Program-made: the position numbers and the translations under genes
Assembly: GCF_009914755.1 (NCBI RefSeq)
Contig: NC_060930.1
Direction: 5' to 3' (one strand)
Source: the human T2T-CHM13v2.0 reference genome, Homo sapiens
Length of the DNA stretch: 64,000 bases
In this document: piece after piece, positions 46,853-61,764 of the stretch
How the letters are laid out: every line of letters starts with the position of its first letter
Position numbering within the stretch: position 1 is the first letter of the stretch
Notes under the pieces: model-generated
The model's database searches: none
Told to the model about the DNA's origin: nothing
The model's input: only the letters and a program-made list of their open reading frames with translations

Positions 46853-47213
46853 AATACTTGAGACTGGGTAATTTATAAGAAAAGAGGTTTAATGACTCAC
46901 GTTCTGCCTGCTGTACAGGAAGCAATGTGGCTTCTGCTTCTGAGGAGGCCTCAGGAAGCTTACAATCATGGTGGAAGGCAAAGGAGAAACAGGCATGTCT
47001 TACATGGCAGGAGCAGGACTAAGAGAGTGATAAGGGGAGGTGCTACACACTTTTGAACAACCAGAGCTCATGAGAACTCACTGTCACAAGAACAGCACCA
47101 AGGTATAAATCTGCCCCCATGATTCAAACACCTCACACTAGGCCCCACCTCCAGCACTGGGGATTAAAATTTGACATGAGATTTGGTCAAGGACACAGAT
47201 CCAAACCATATCA
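46821..47213 (-). mobile_element. MSTA-like MaLR solo LTR
   Basis: 'tatattagtcc...gagactgggtaatttata...gaggcctcaggaagcttacaatcatgg...catgagatttgg...atccaaaccatatca'. Confidence 0.92.
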
Positions 47214-47467
47214 GGCATATATTGTTATTATCATATCAATAAAACATGAATCTGAAGGCAAGCTGATTTTATCTTTTAAAATTACATTAACACTATTTAG
47301 TAACAATACTCATCAGAAATAGCAATGACACCACAATTCCTCCTTTATAAGTTGACACCTAAAGTTTATGTTCATTGAAATGCTGAAAAATGAGCATGCA
47401 TAAGACATTATAAGGGTGCAGAAACTTTCAAAACATGACTTTGTGTTTTAGATTTTAAAATTATTTG

Positions 47468-47755
47468 ATACCACATGTTCTCACTTATAAGTGGGAGCTA
47501 AACATTGAGTACTTGTAGACATAAAGATGGCAACAATATACATTGAGGACTACTGGAGAGGGGAAGGAGGGAGGCGGAAAGGATTGAAAAACTGTTGAGT
47601 ACTATGCTCACTACCTGGGTGACGGGATCATTCATACCCCAAACCTCAGCATCACACCATATACTCATGTAACAAACCTCCATGTACCCCTGAATCTGAA
47701 ATAACAGTTGAAATTCTAAAAAATAAATAAAATAAAATAATGAAAAATAAAATAA
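47468..47755 (+). mobile_element. L1PB4-like 3' end
   Basis: 'tactatgctcactacctgggtgacgggatcattc...ccaaacctcagcatcac' with A-rich tail; TSD AA(A/G)ATTATTTGA. Confidence 0.9.
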
Positions 47756-47839
47756 GATTATTTGAAGTTTAACAGGGATTGTAAGTTTGTTCGAATAGCT
47801 TTAGAAAATAAATTATTTCTAAGTTTTCTTTTATTTCTG

Positions 47840-48045
47840 GGGAAAGTCAGAGAGACCTGATGTTAAATCTAGTTGTATCACTCATTTGATTTCAGGCAGG
47901 TCAGGTAGTTCTTAAGCATCAGTGCCCTTGGTGGTGAAAGAGAGATATGAGTGTATACCTGCAGGATTATGTAAGAATCAGTTGACATGACATACACCTA
48001 AGTACCAACACACATAGTATGCGCTCCATAGGAATAAGGACTATT
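47840..48045 (+). mobile_element. MIR SINE
   Basis: 'cagagagacctg...aaatctag...ggcaggtca...catcagt...cagga ttatgtaagaatca'. Confidence 0.5.
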
Positions 48046-49464
48046 AGACTGGTATGATGGAAGACTTCTTCTACTCGAGTTATTATCCACTTTTCATCCA
48101 GTTTTCCCTAGATCTTTCTATTTTTGTGACAGTTAACAGACAATCATTGAATGAGATGGTATTAAATATAAATGGAGTTTTGTTGGTATTTTTTACCCTA
48201 CTGATTAGAAAAATTGGCACAGATATGGTACAGCATAGAGGGGATGAACTATGCATGTGTATAGCAGAGAATGGATCAGAAATTATGCTGGATGACAGCT
48301 GTAAATAATTTCTGCACAACTGCTGAGGCTTTATAGTTCCAGAATGTTTATGGAATTTGGAATGGTAGACTTCATTTCAAAAGGAGAATCGGTGGTGAAT
48401 GTTGATCACAAACTCAAACTGCCATAAGACAGGTCACATAAAAGAGAGAAGGAATCCTAGTGAAAGAAGCCATCAAAGTGGTAGCCAGACAGTGTGAGAG
48501 CCAGACATTGCCTGTGACCTGCTAACTTACACCCTTTGGAATAGCATTTAAAGGTATTACTGCTGTGATACCTTTATGTTTCTTATGTGTAAACAGATAA
48601 TGTGTTCATCCTTTCCCATACATGAAGTCTTCTTAGGCAAAGTTCTAATGCATGTGGATTTACTTTTTAAACAGGAATGTTCTTAATTTAGTGTAAATAA
48701 ATTTTACTATCCGATTCTGTGTGGAAGTTGTATATTATTTAGTTTATAATGTTCTTATTTTCTGATTCTACCCTTATTACACAATTGCTTCCAGAAAAGT
48801 TTATCATATTTATACATCAAATTATGATTTTTTCATCTTCATACTGTGAATATTGGAACACTAGGTAATGTTTCAGTATCACATAGTTGATATTCAGTAT
48901 GTATTAATCTATGTGAATTAGAGTAAGTTAGAAATTCAGCTTCTAAATATAAAGGAAAAACAGACAGGTGATTTTTTTTTCATCTGAGGAAATAAATATA
49001 CTGTAGTTAAAAAACAAACTAAAAGTTGCTGGTAAACATGCTTGAATTATAAGGAACAGTCCTACTTTGTGTGTGTGTGTTTGTGAATCTAAAAGATGCC
49101 CATAAGAAATGGAATGAAACCATTAAGGCCAATTTTGCAAAAGGCCAACAAGAATGTCTCATTGATATTTTTTTGTTTCCTATACAATATTTTTATTATA
49201 GATGTGGAAATGCAGGCATTTTCCACAACTTTCCTCCTAGTCTTGAGTTCTCTAAAAATTTCCTCAAATGATGTTTCTAAACAGCAAAGTATCCCTCATT
49301 AGAATTTTTCAGATTTAGAACCTATGTAAAATGGTAAGACATTTCATTGGCTTGCAAAAGTCTCTGATGTCCGCATTCTTACTTAATCGCATAGAGCTGT
49401 GTTCTATAATTGGAGTATTTTATCTAGTGTTTTCTCTTTGAGGATTTATTGCATTGAAAAAATT

Positions 49465-49720
49465 TGGTGATATTGAAAGAAATCCAAAGAACAGAAACAG
49501 AGATAATTAAAGGAATGAAAAGTGGAAACTGTGAGGGAAGATTAAAGACAGCTGTGATCATTTAGTTTGGAAAGAGGTAAAAATGATCTTCAGTTATAGG
49601 AAAGCTTTAATATGGAAAAGAACAGTTAGTCTCCATTGATACAAACGATGGATTAAGATAATACGAACTGAAACTTGCAGAAAGACGAATAGAGAGCAGG
49701 CTGTTATAGACAACCCTGAA
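49465..49720 (+). mobile_element. CR1/L3 LINE relic
   Basis: Translates as LKEIQRTETEIIKGMKSGNCEGRLK.../FSLER, matching the CR1 ORF2 motif LERVQRRATKMIKGLE..YEERLK..LFSLEKR. Confidence 0.7.
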
Positions 49721-50029
49721 GTCATTTGAAGTGAACTGAGTCCTTAGTCTTATTTCCTTGACTGCTCAGTCACCAATGGATAGTCCATATTTGGTTTGCT
49801 TTTTAAAAAAAATTTCCATCAATATTTACAAAGTAAGGTATATGAAGAAGTCTTATAAACTAAATAAGTTTTGTGAAAACTCAAAAGTTAGAATTGTAAA
49901 CAAGATTTTAGCAAATATTTTGGTACATTTATTTAAGTACTTCAAATGAACTTTTCAAATAAACTCTTAATATACTTTCATTTTTTGCCACGGAAAATAG
50001 AGAGCCTAGAGTAAAACAGCATATACCCA

Positions 50030-50575
50030 CGTTTCCCAAACTGTGTATTAAAGCGCCCCAGGAAACCATATTAACTCAAATAGGCACCATGGATTATTTT
50101 AAATTTTAAGGAAAATAGTGATACTCAACATCTGTTAAACATCACACAGAGTACTTCCTCCAAGTAGTTCACAGATTTAACATTAGAACACAATAGTTTC
50201 TTTTGATGATATCACATCGTTGAGAAGCAGAGTTTTCAGTGCTTCCTGTGGTAAAAAGCAAGTACCATGGGGAAATCAGCGTGGAATAGGATATATAGGT
50301 GGTGGTGTCTAATTCGATTCCAAGTTTTAAGAAGTTGCACAACATCCAATAGACACATGTTATTAGTAATGTTGATTACGTAAGAGTAAATCTTTTTTTC
50401 TTTCAATTTATGTGCATTATTTTTTTCAAATTGCTACTCGGGTAGACCATAAGTATGTTTTAAGTAGTGTGGGCTTAACTATTAAACTGGCGGTCGTATT
50501 ACAAAAAGGATTCATGGAGTGCTGTGAAAAATTATAAGGCAAGTGGATCGCCACAAAACCAGAAAATTGAGAGTA
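50030..50575 (+). mobile_element. hAT-Charlie non-autonomous element (Charlie4a-like)
   Basis: TIR-like 'tttcccaaactgtg'. From 50221 it reads *EAEFSVLPVVKSKYHGEISVE*DI*VVVSNSIPSFKKL, a decayed Charlie transposase C-terminal dimerisation motif (CE.GFS....KSKYR). Confidence 0.75.
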
Positions 50576-51267
50576 TTCTTTGTTAATTTGTTTCTTATTT
50601 TAAAGTAACAATGTGCATCTTATGTGCTTCACAATATGCTTACATTGGTACAAGTAGGGGTTAGAACAAATCATGGTACATTTGTGACAGAATATTAGGT
50701 TTAGAGCCATAACTTGATTGTTCATTTAAATGACTTTCATGGTCAGAGGTTCTTTTTCTAGACAATCTTGTAGGGTTTTAGAAATATTTCTTATTAATTA
50801 TAACTAATATCTTGTAAAATGAAGATTACTTTATTACTTCTTTAAGGCCCAAAATTTCTTAAGTGCTAAAGAATACTTTAGTGGTAATCTGTGTCTGTGG
50901 CTCTTATATTTTTGGTATTGGTGAAAAGCATTTATTGTGACTATAAAAATTTTAAACATTTTGAAATATGTGAATATGCCTTGAAATATATTAAGAAGCT
51001 TTCTTTAATAATAGTTTTCCCAAATTAGAAGTGCACTGTCCCTTGAGGAAAAATTGGAATCACTAATTATGGGCTTAATAAAATGTTGCTAATAGGCAGG
51101 AATGGTCAGCCCTGAATTAAAACTTCTACTAGTGAGAAAATATGAATGAATGTAATTCTACATTTTATTCAATTTCCTTTTTTGCTATATTTTCCCAATA
51201 TACCAGTTTGTTTGAAAATGATGTGTTAGTAAAATATGTCCTCCAACTCTAACAATCAGTTTATGTA

Positions 51268-53616
<2,349 letters not shown>

Positions 53617-54315
53617 TTATAGATTCAGTGATTTTTATGTACTTAGGTAGCCTCTTGAATTGAGCTCCTGAAACTTTGCAATGTAATGTTTATCAAAGTA
53701 CATGTGACCATAGAGATATATTTCTAACCATTTCCTTCTCTTTTGAGAATCCAAAACCCATGTGGTACCCACATAAAAAACCAAGCATTTATTCTGCCTC
53801 AATGCCACATTATTTGTCATTACATTTGAATCATAGGTGAAGAGTTTGAAGCAAAATCAAATTAGTATCTGTCCTGGTTTATCATCTCTTTGCAAATTGG
53901 ACATTTAATTTTTTTATAATAGTGCACAAGTTCATATTACATCATTGTCAGTTTGTATTAGTATTGCTATATATGCTGGCCATAACTCTGTAAAATTTGA
54001 CAAGTTAACTGAAGGACTAATCACCTGAAATGCATCTGACCAGTAAAGATACCATCAGAATGATCATACTTTAAGTTTCCAAAAATGATTTGGTGTTTCT
54101 GGGAATTTTAGCTACAACAGAATTTAATGATGGTTCAGAATTATATGATATTCTAGTATGGATACTCTTGTACATACACTGAATTTGAAAGAGACATTCT
54201 TGTCTATACATGGAATATTGAAATATTAAAATGACAGTTATCCATGGGTTATAATTTTTTCTTTTGTGAAAAATGCTAAATATTAATATAACAAAAGTTA
54301 AAGCCTGTTAATTTT

Positions 54316-54333
54316 GTGTGTGTGTGTGTGTGT
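54316..54333 (+). repeat. (TG)9 microsatellite
   Basis: Dinucleotide run. Confidence 0.9.
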
Positions 54334-55859
54334 GGTCTACACACTAAGAATGACATATCTAACATAAAACATTCTTTGAGTAATATGAATTTTAGAACCA
54401 TTGCCTGTGTGTTGGCCAGTTCACACTTAATAAATATTTAGGTATTGTGAAATTAGCTCTAATACCAACATATTATCTTGAAAGGAGAATCAGTCATCTT
54501 AATGATAGTAACAGCCTCTTGTAAATTTTATTAAGTATATTAAGAACAATTCCTTTGGTTGAGGCAAAGTTTAACTTCCAAAATGATGTAAGGTGAATGA
54601 TACTTCAGAGTACTATTCTTTTGCACTATTTACAGGTTACAGTGTCAAACAGAATTATTGGCATATTTTCATTTTAACAATCGGAATATTTGGAGGCCCA
54701 TGGTTCTTTGTCAAATATTTGCGTATATTTTAGTAAAGCTAGTTAAAAAATTCACAAAACAAGTAAAATGCTCTTCTTGTATACTTTTGACATCAGTATT
54801 TCTCATGTTCAATATGTGCTTTAATATTGAATGTTCAGAATTGGATGTGTGTGTATATGTGCACAGACACATATATGTACATTTAAATTTTGATGTTTAT
54901 TATCCAGTATAGCACTGTGCACCCAAAGATATATAACATTACTTAATGATAAATTTCTGTGTTTTTTTCTAGTATTATCTTGCTGATAATAAATATACAT
55001 AGTCTCAAAAATTTATTTCTCTTAGATCTAAATAATATTCTTTACATTCTGAGAAATTTGCATTTGATAAAATTTGGATATTGAAAGAGGCTAATTCTGC
55101 TCTTTTCACAAGTTTATCTTTTTGCAATCAAAGTAGATAAAGATTATTGCTCATTAAGTATTAAAAATGCCAAGCAGTGGGATTTGCTACAGTTTCACAT
55201 TGATGGCTGATCTAGAATTGCTACATTTTACAATCCATGGCACATATTTTAATATCTCTTAGTTCCTAAATATAGTTTCTCAAATTAAATTAATTTAGGC
55301 AAAAAGATAAGTTCACTGACTTACAGAAGTTAACTTAAGGAAATAATTAAGCACCTCACCAAGCAACCAGGCTTAAATTCTACTGAGACCCTCTCATTGG
55401 CCTGCCTTGCTCCTTTCCTTTCTGAGCCATGCTGATTCTTAGTGCGTATGTTTTTTTTCTCCATGCACTTTGAATGGAAAATCTTATCTCCATGCACTTA
55501 GGATGGAAATCTTCTTAGGTGGAAAATCTTACCTCTGTTTGCTTCCTGGTTTTACATTCTGCATCCTCACCATTGGGGTGGAACGGACTTTCACCCCAGA
55601 CTCACTTATTCAGAAATCGCAGAGAAAGAGCCTCTTTGGTCCATTTTGGGTCAAATGCTCAGCCTTAAAATGGTCAGCTTGGGCCGAGGCCTAAGTACTG
55701 TAATTAAATAGATTTAGTTAGGGAACTTTGGGGTTTTTATTAAGAGTGTTTCCTTCCCAACAGTAGCCACATCATTTAGGGGCTGAAGTGAGGAAGGACT
55801 TCCTAGAAGAATGGGGATGCAAACCATTTTCTGAGTTCAGCCTTCTTTTCTTCTTGCTG

Positions 55860-56130
55860 AATCTCTATTCCTGTAAATCCTCACCAGGGATGCTTCCTTA
55901 TTTCATGCAGATCTCAGCTCAAATATCACCTTTCCCTGCATTATTGTCTAATATTTTGTACTCCTCTTTGCACTCTCTCTTTTTCCACTGCTTTATTGTT
56001 CCTTCACAACATTGCTTGGTGTTATTTAAGTGTTCCCTTGTTTATTTTTCTACTACACTGGGAACAGTGTACTGAACAGTGAACTTGGCATATTGTACGT
56101 ATTCCAGAGATATTTGTTGAATGAATATAA
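55860..56130 (+). mobile_element. L2 3' end
   Basis: 'tctcagctcaaatatcacct' ... 'aacagtgaacttggcata...atatttgttgaatgaat'. Confidence 0.75.
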
Positions 56131-57309
56131 GGGAACACTATGCCATTTCCATAGATATTTTTTTCTATTTACCCTAACCTGAATTTCTCTCTGCTAAATA
56201 GAAAGTATGCAGGGAGAAGTATCTCTGATGTATGGCAAAAGAATGTCAAGACAAAATCATTAAATGTAATGGCTAGAGTTGGACAATGAAAGTGTGCTGT
56301 AACTCATTAGAGAACATTTCTCTGTATCATTTCTTCCCCATATAGTAACTGATTTTTTCTTAAATAAAGAGATAGTGGCTTCTTGGATTCCACAAAATCC
56401 TTTGATATTTTCTATAAATACAGTGAATTTGGCCTCAATGAAGCCATTTTTTATGTCCAATATATGCATTTAGAATACGAAAGTATAAATAGCAAAGATA
56501 GTAATATGTGTTTTAGTTCCGTGGATGTTCCTAATAAACATTCAGGTGATACCTAGGGTGTTTATATTTAGCTAAACTGACTAGATAATCCAGTCATATC
56601 TGTGGTCTCTTTCGGTAAACTGATAATTTTCTGACAAAATTTATCACATTTGACTCATTAGTTCTTTATAAGTTTTTTCCCCAATTCAAAGCTTACCTTT
56701 TCACTCTGGTAAAATGCTCCTTAAAGAAAATTTACCGTGATTTCTTTAGAATATTTGTCACTATCTTTAAAAAACAAATTTTCATAATTGTGAAGGTTTT
56801 TTTTTAGAAAATTTCATTTGAGATGTGTGGGAAAGAGGTTAAAACAAATAAAGTGAAGACTAACACTCAACTCTCACTTTTCCACTAAATGTAAATTTTA
56901 TCACAGTTTCTATACCCTCATCCTTGTCATTAGGTATTATGCTTTTTTGCAGCCATATTCTTAAGGAACTTTTTTTGTTTTGTTTTGTTTTGGGAGCTAA
57001 ATTCTGTTGGCAGAAAGACAAAATTTTCCCGTGTTCTGCTCTCTAGCATATCTTTCTAATTTTAAAATTTTAGGACCTAGAGATTTTCATCTCTTCATTT
57101 TGACCATGGTAATTTGAAGTGAAACAGCAAGATTTGACATAAGAATAAAAGATATAAGTTAGAAAATTCATTTCTGCAGTTTATTCGGATCCATTCTGGA
57201 ATAATTTTTCCTCCTATGATAGATTCTTAAAGCAATTAGAAAACCAAGATTTTGTGATATTACTAATCATAAAACAATGTTAAGTTTTCGTAAGAGAGGG
57301 CCGATTTGA

Positions 57310-57611
57310 TTTTTTTTTTTTTTTTTTTTTTTTGAGACAGAGTCTTGCTCTGTTGCCCAGGCTGGAGTGCAGTGGTACCATCTCGGCTCACTGCAACGTC
57401 TGCCTCCCGGTTCAAGCAATTCTCCTGCCTCAGCCTCCCAAGTAACTGGGACTACAGGCACATGCTGCCACGCCCGGCTAATTTTTTTGTATTTTAGTAG
57501 AGATGGGGTTTCACCGTATTGCCCAGGCTGGTCTCGAACTCCTGAGCTCAGGCAATCCGCCTGCCTTGGCCTCCCAAAGTGCTAGGATTACAGGCGTGAG
57601 CCACCGCGGCC
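57310..57611 (-). mobile_element. AluS-type element (first of a tandem pair)
   Basis: Full dimer with long T tail; left arm 'ctcctgagctcaggcaatccg'. Confidence 0.95.
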
Positions 57612-57616
57612 GACTC

Positions 57617-57875
57617 TTTTTTTTTTTTGAGAGAGAGTCTCGCTCTGTCGCCCAGGATGGAGTACAATGGCATGATCTCCACTCACTTGCCTCAGCCTCC
57701 CAAGTAACTGGGACTACAGGCACATGCTGCCACGCCCAGCTAATTTTTTGTATTTTTAGTAGAGACGGGGTTTCACCGTGTTAGCCAGGGTGATCTCCAT
57801 CTGGTGACCTCGTGATCCGTCCGCCTCGGCCTCCCAAAGTGCTGGGATTACAGGCGTGAGCCACTGTGCCCAGCC
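57617..57875 (-). mobile_element. AluY/Sc-type element with ~30-bp deletion (second of the tandem pair)
   Basis: 'caccgtgttagccagg...gacctcgtgatcc'; the right arm jumps 'ctcact|tgcctcagc'. Confidence 0.93.
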
Positions 57876-58130
57876 CCCAATTTTTTTAATGATAGTGAAG
57901 TTGAACAAGTTTTTTGCATTTTTGGAAACAGATTTGAATATTTTAACTTTTTAATTCTTCTTTGAATAATTTGCATGTTTTTAAAAAACTCTTTCATGGA
58001 ATACATGACTGGCTTTTGAAGTAAATTTGTTATATCAAAACCAGTATTTTCTCAGGTGAAGTGGAATGGAATGAAATAGAATTGAATAGAACACTGGGAT
58101 AGAGTAAGTAGAATGTCCTGGTTGCAATAT

Positions 58131-58321
58131 ATTCCATGAATTTTGAATTCTAATTCTAACTACTGCTGTTTGGTGGGAGTTCTCCTACGTAAGTTTCATT
58201 TTATTATGGAGTGTATGTACCATCTTGCTCATATCAAATATTCCTTTAAATTCTATAAACCTCAAAATTTCCCTCTGTTTAATACAGAATATTGACTGCA
58301 ATGATATCAGATTTTAAAAAT
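58131..58321 (+). repeat. Inverted repeat, left arm
   Basis: Reverse complement of 59824-60008 with 5 substitutions and one 6-bp indel. Confidence 0.97.
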
Positions 58322-58330
58322 CTGTATATC

Positions 58331-58408
58331 ATTCTTGTGGAAGGAAGTATATATTCTTGTGGAAGGAAGTAAAAAAGTATATATTCTTGTGGAAGGAAGT
58401 AAAAAAGT
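58331..58408 (+). repeat. Short tandem repeat (3 x 19-bp core; perfect 30-bp unit x2)
   Basis: ATTCTTGTGGAAGGAAGTA at 58331, 58353 and 58383. Confidence 0.97.
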
Positions 58409-59823
58409 TCCAAAGCCTGTTAGAATCTGTATAAACTTATGGAATCATTACTTCTTTTTGTTTTACTACATTAAATTCACCTTAAATTCAGTCCAGGTTT
58501 TTACTTTGAGATATTTCATATCTGAAATGGCTACAGCATTCTGTTGCACTCATCTGCTGGAGCTCAAGCAACTTATAAACATCTTTACATTAATATTCAG
58601 AAATCAGTTTCTATCATTTAATATGTAGTGTGGGAATAGTTCACATATAGAGTTTGGCTGTATCTTTGATTCCTTATCCTGTACCACATGAGCAAGATTT
58701 CTTCTTCTACACATGCCTTTGGAATTGCCTCATATACACTCAAAGCTTTCCATTTAAGCAATTTAGTGACAATTGCATTAATTCAAATCATAGCTGATTT
58801 TACAACTGAAGTAGAATATGATTGGGGATTATCTGAAGTCTCCTCTAAAACTCTCTCAGTTTAAATTGATGGTAATCTACTCCTGAATAATGAAATATTT
58901 CAAATTGTCTAATTGCATGATATAAAATGCATATACAATTGTATTAAGAATAATGATAAAATGAGAATCTCTCTTGCTCTTATAAAAGCACCATGACTAG
59001 TTTTTACATATGAATTCAAAATGATTCGGTTGATTCTTAACATTTCATAACACCAACCTGTTCTACACATTCATTTTAGCATATATTACTTTTAGTACGT
59101 GATTGGGAGTTTTACTGGAAATGTTTCTGTCTTCCAGTCTCTAACAGCTTTAAGCTTATATTCTAATTTCAGTAATGAAGTGAGATACCTATTCCTACCT
59201 CAAAAACTTCCCTTTCACAAAGACTAAATTTCATCAAAGATTGAGCCTTAAAGAAGCAACAAGAAAGTGCATAAAAAATGCAAAGCTGATTCTTTGCATA
59301 ATATTAATAGGCCCTTTGAAGAAACTGTAGAGTGAAAAAGGGATGGTGGTATTATATCTTGCTAAAGCTGCTCCAAATCAAATTATTTCTAAAATTATAC
59401 TTAAAAACTAAATTTGATACTGACTTTATGATACCTATATCAAATATTATTTTATCTTGTTTTCTCTTGAAAGTAAGGAGAAATTGAAATAATTTGAATA
59501 TCCCTCTTCTTTGTTATATAATCATCATTTTTGAAAGTTTTTTCAGGTTTGTGCAATAGAGTAGAGCAAGCAATATTAGATTGATACTTAGTGGATGGTT
59601 CTTATTCCTTATTTCTTCAAACTTCTCTTCAGAGTAAAGTTTTGATAATTGATAATTTTAATCATTGATTTCTAGGGTGATAGCTATTATTTTGGAAAAT
59701 AAAGGATTAAAATTTTCATGCCGAAGGATACTGTTTACATTCATGTATAGCATGCAATAGGGATTTTGTTTATCTGGCCATTTTGAGGCAAGAAGGGATA
59801 TTATGTTGAAGTATTCATTTCTT

Positions 59824-60008
59824 ATTTTTAAAATCTGATATCATTGCAGTCAATATTCTGTATTAAACAGAGGGAAATTGTGAGGTTTATAGAATTTAAA
59901 GGAATATTTGATATGAGCGAGGTGGTACATACACTCCATAATAAAATGAAACTTACTTAAGAGAACTCCCACCAAACAGCAGTAGTTAGAATTCAAAATT
60001 CATGGAAT
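59824..60008 (-). repeat. Inverted repeat, right arm
   Basis: 185 bp, ~97% identical to the reverse complement of the left arm. Confidence 0.97.
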
Positions 60009-60194
60009 GCCACAGAATCCTGAATTTGGAAGAAAATTCAGAAGTTGTTCATTCAAACTTCACACTAAAAGCACCTTTCAACTTTACCTGTTAATCATTC
60101 TAAACCAAACTTCCTCAAGTGTCTCCTTAAATAAAAGGCACACTTCTGGATTTAAGGAAAACAAAGATAAAAAGGTCACAATCTCTACCTTGCA

Positions 60195-60610
60195 GAAATT
60201 AGTTAGGGCAGCCTAAGTACAATGAAGAAAAACTCATAATTTTAGTAATTTAGCACAATAAAAGCTTATTTCTTGTTAAATAGATACAGGGGTAGTACTC
60301 TGTTCTACAGAGTTGTTCTGGGATTCAGCCTCCTTACCCTGTCCAACTCCACCCTTTTCTAATTCCTAGCACTCCTATTCATTCAACTATTCTTTCAACT
60401 AGGGAATGGTCAAAGAGAGTGAGGGCAGGATTGCATCAAGAGATTATTAAGGGTCAGGCCTAAAAGAAGGCACCACTTCTACTCATATTTCATTGGCCAG
60501 AATGTAGTCATATGACCAAACCAACTAATGAAAGAAAAGCAGGGAAATGTAGGCAACCTTGGTGTCCAGGAGGAAGGAAAAAATAGTTTAGTGACACATT
60601 GGTCAGTCCC
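60195..60610 (-). mobile_element. Old MLT1 (I/J-like) MaLR LTR
   Basis: 'gggtcaggcct...cacttctactcatatttcattggccagaa...tagtcatatgacc...gggaaatgtag...ccaggaggaagg'. Confidence 0.75.
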
Positions 60611-61764
60611 TTTGAAAAGGTCTTTGCAGTTGACTTATATATCTCTGAAAGATTGTCCCTCTAGCTCCTTTTTGACCACTTAAATGTCACCACTTTAGTA
60701 AAATGTATATGTAAATTTGAAATTATCTGAGGACTTTAATAAAAATTTTAATTCACAGAATGATTCTCCTTTTACTTTGTGAATACCTGTATCTACCTTA
60801 TTAAAATAAGGCCATTTTCAGTTGTAATAATAAATAGAAAGTGTGTTTTTAAGCACCATTGTAACTTGGGTTATTAAAAGGTGGGTGCTGAATGTTATTA
60901 ATACTATTGATTTTCTTTGCACTTTACTTCTGTTAAGAAGCAGGAATCATGTGGCTCTCATTGCATAGACAGCGTGAAGTGCTTGTAGAAACTTGCAGTT
61001 CACCCTGAGTGACAGATCTACACTCACACAGACTGCATACTAGGCTGCACATCTGTATGAAGGCATTACTATTTGTAGAGAAAAAAAGAACAATATTATG
61101 CTTCAGGCCAGGAAAGTCAAATAGCTGAAGTCAATATTAAGATAGTTAGGATAATATTTCAGAAAAGATTTGCCTGCTTCACTTGGCGTAAATTTAAATA
61201 GTCAAACTTCCTAAACATTTAAAAGTTAAAACAAGGGCTTAAAATATATGATGTGAGTTTCACATAATGTCTACACTGCCTCTGCCTGTACCTAATGGGA
61301 AAATGAAAATCACTTACATGTTAAAGTCTGATTGGTTTACAAATTTCAATGACTACCCACTTAGTAGATACATCTATTGTTTTTATATCATTATTTTTAT
61401 ACAATGGGAAGTTACTAATATAATTTTTCCCATATCCCAACCTTTTACTCTTCCCCTTCTGTTTACAGGATGAACCCCAAAGTCTTTAGTTTATCAATTC
61501 AGATTTTTTTTAAATGTAGCCTCACTGGGTTTTCAACATTATTTTCCAATCTACGATTTGCTAAATAAACTTGTTGCTCCACCAAAACTGTTCTCTCCAA
61601 AGTTTGTGAATGTACATCTCTCTCTTGCCCTTTATTTCTCTCTTTCTCACTCTTTATTTCATCACATGTGTAGATTTATGTTATTGTAATCTGCTTTTTA
61701 CATTTTTTTAAGTACTGACACTACTGTTCCATGCTGCCTCTCATGAGAAATTTTCTAGTTTATG

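Noticed and set aside
56697-56719. 23-bp minus-strand microexon (tttaag|...AAG|gtaagc)
   Set aside because: Good donor, but short pyrimidine tract, length not a multiple of 3 and no other support.
58331-58408. CRISPR-like repeat-spacer pattern and the repeated peptide KVYILVEGSK
   Set aside because: Human DNA; the spacers are only 3 and 11 nt and derive from the unit itself. It is a simple tandem duplication.
58131-60008. Novel autonomous DNA transposon with long TIRs
   Set aside because: No TSD at the outer ends, no transposase ORF in the spacer, and human DNA transposons are far older than ~3% divergence; kept as an inverted duplication.
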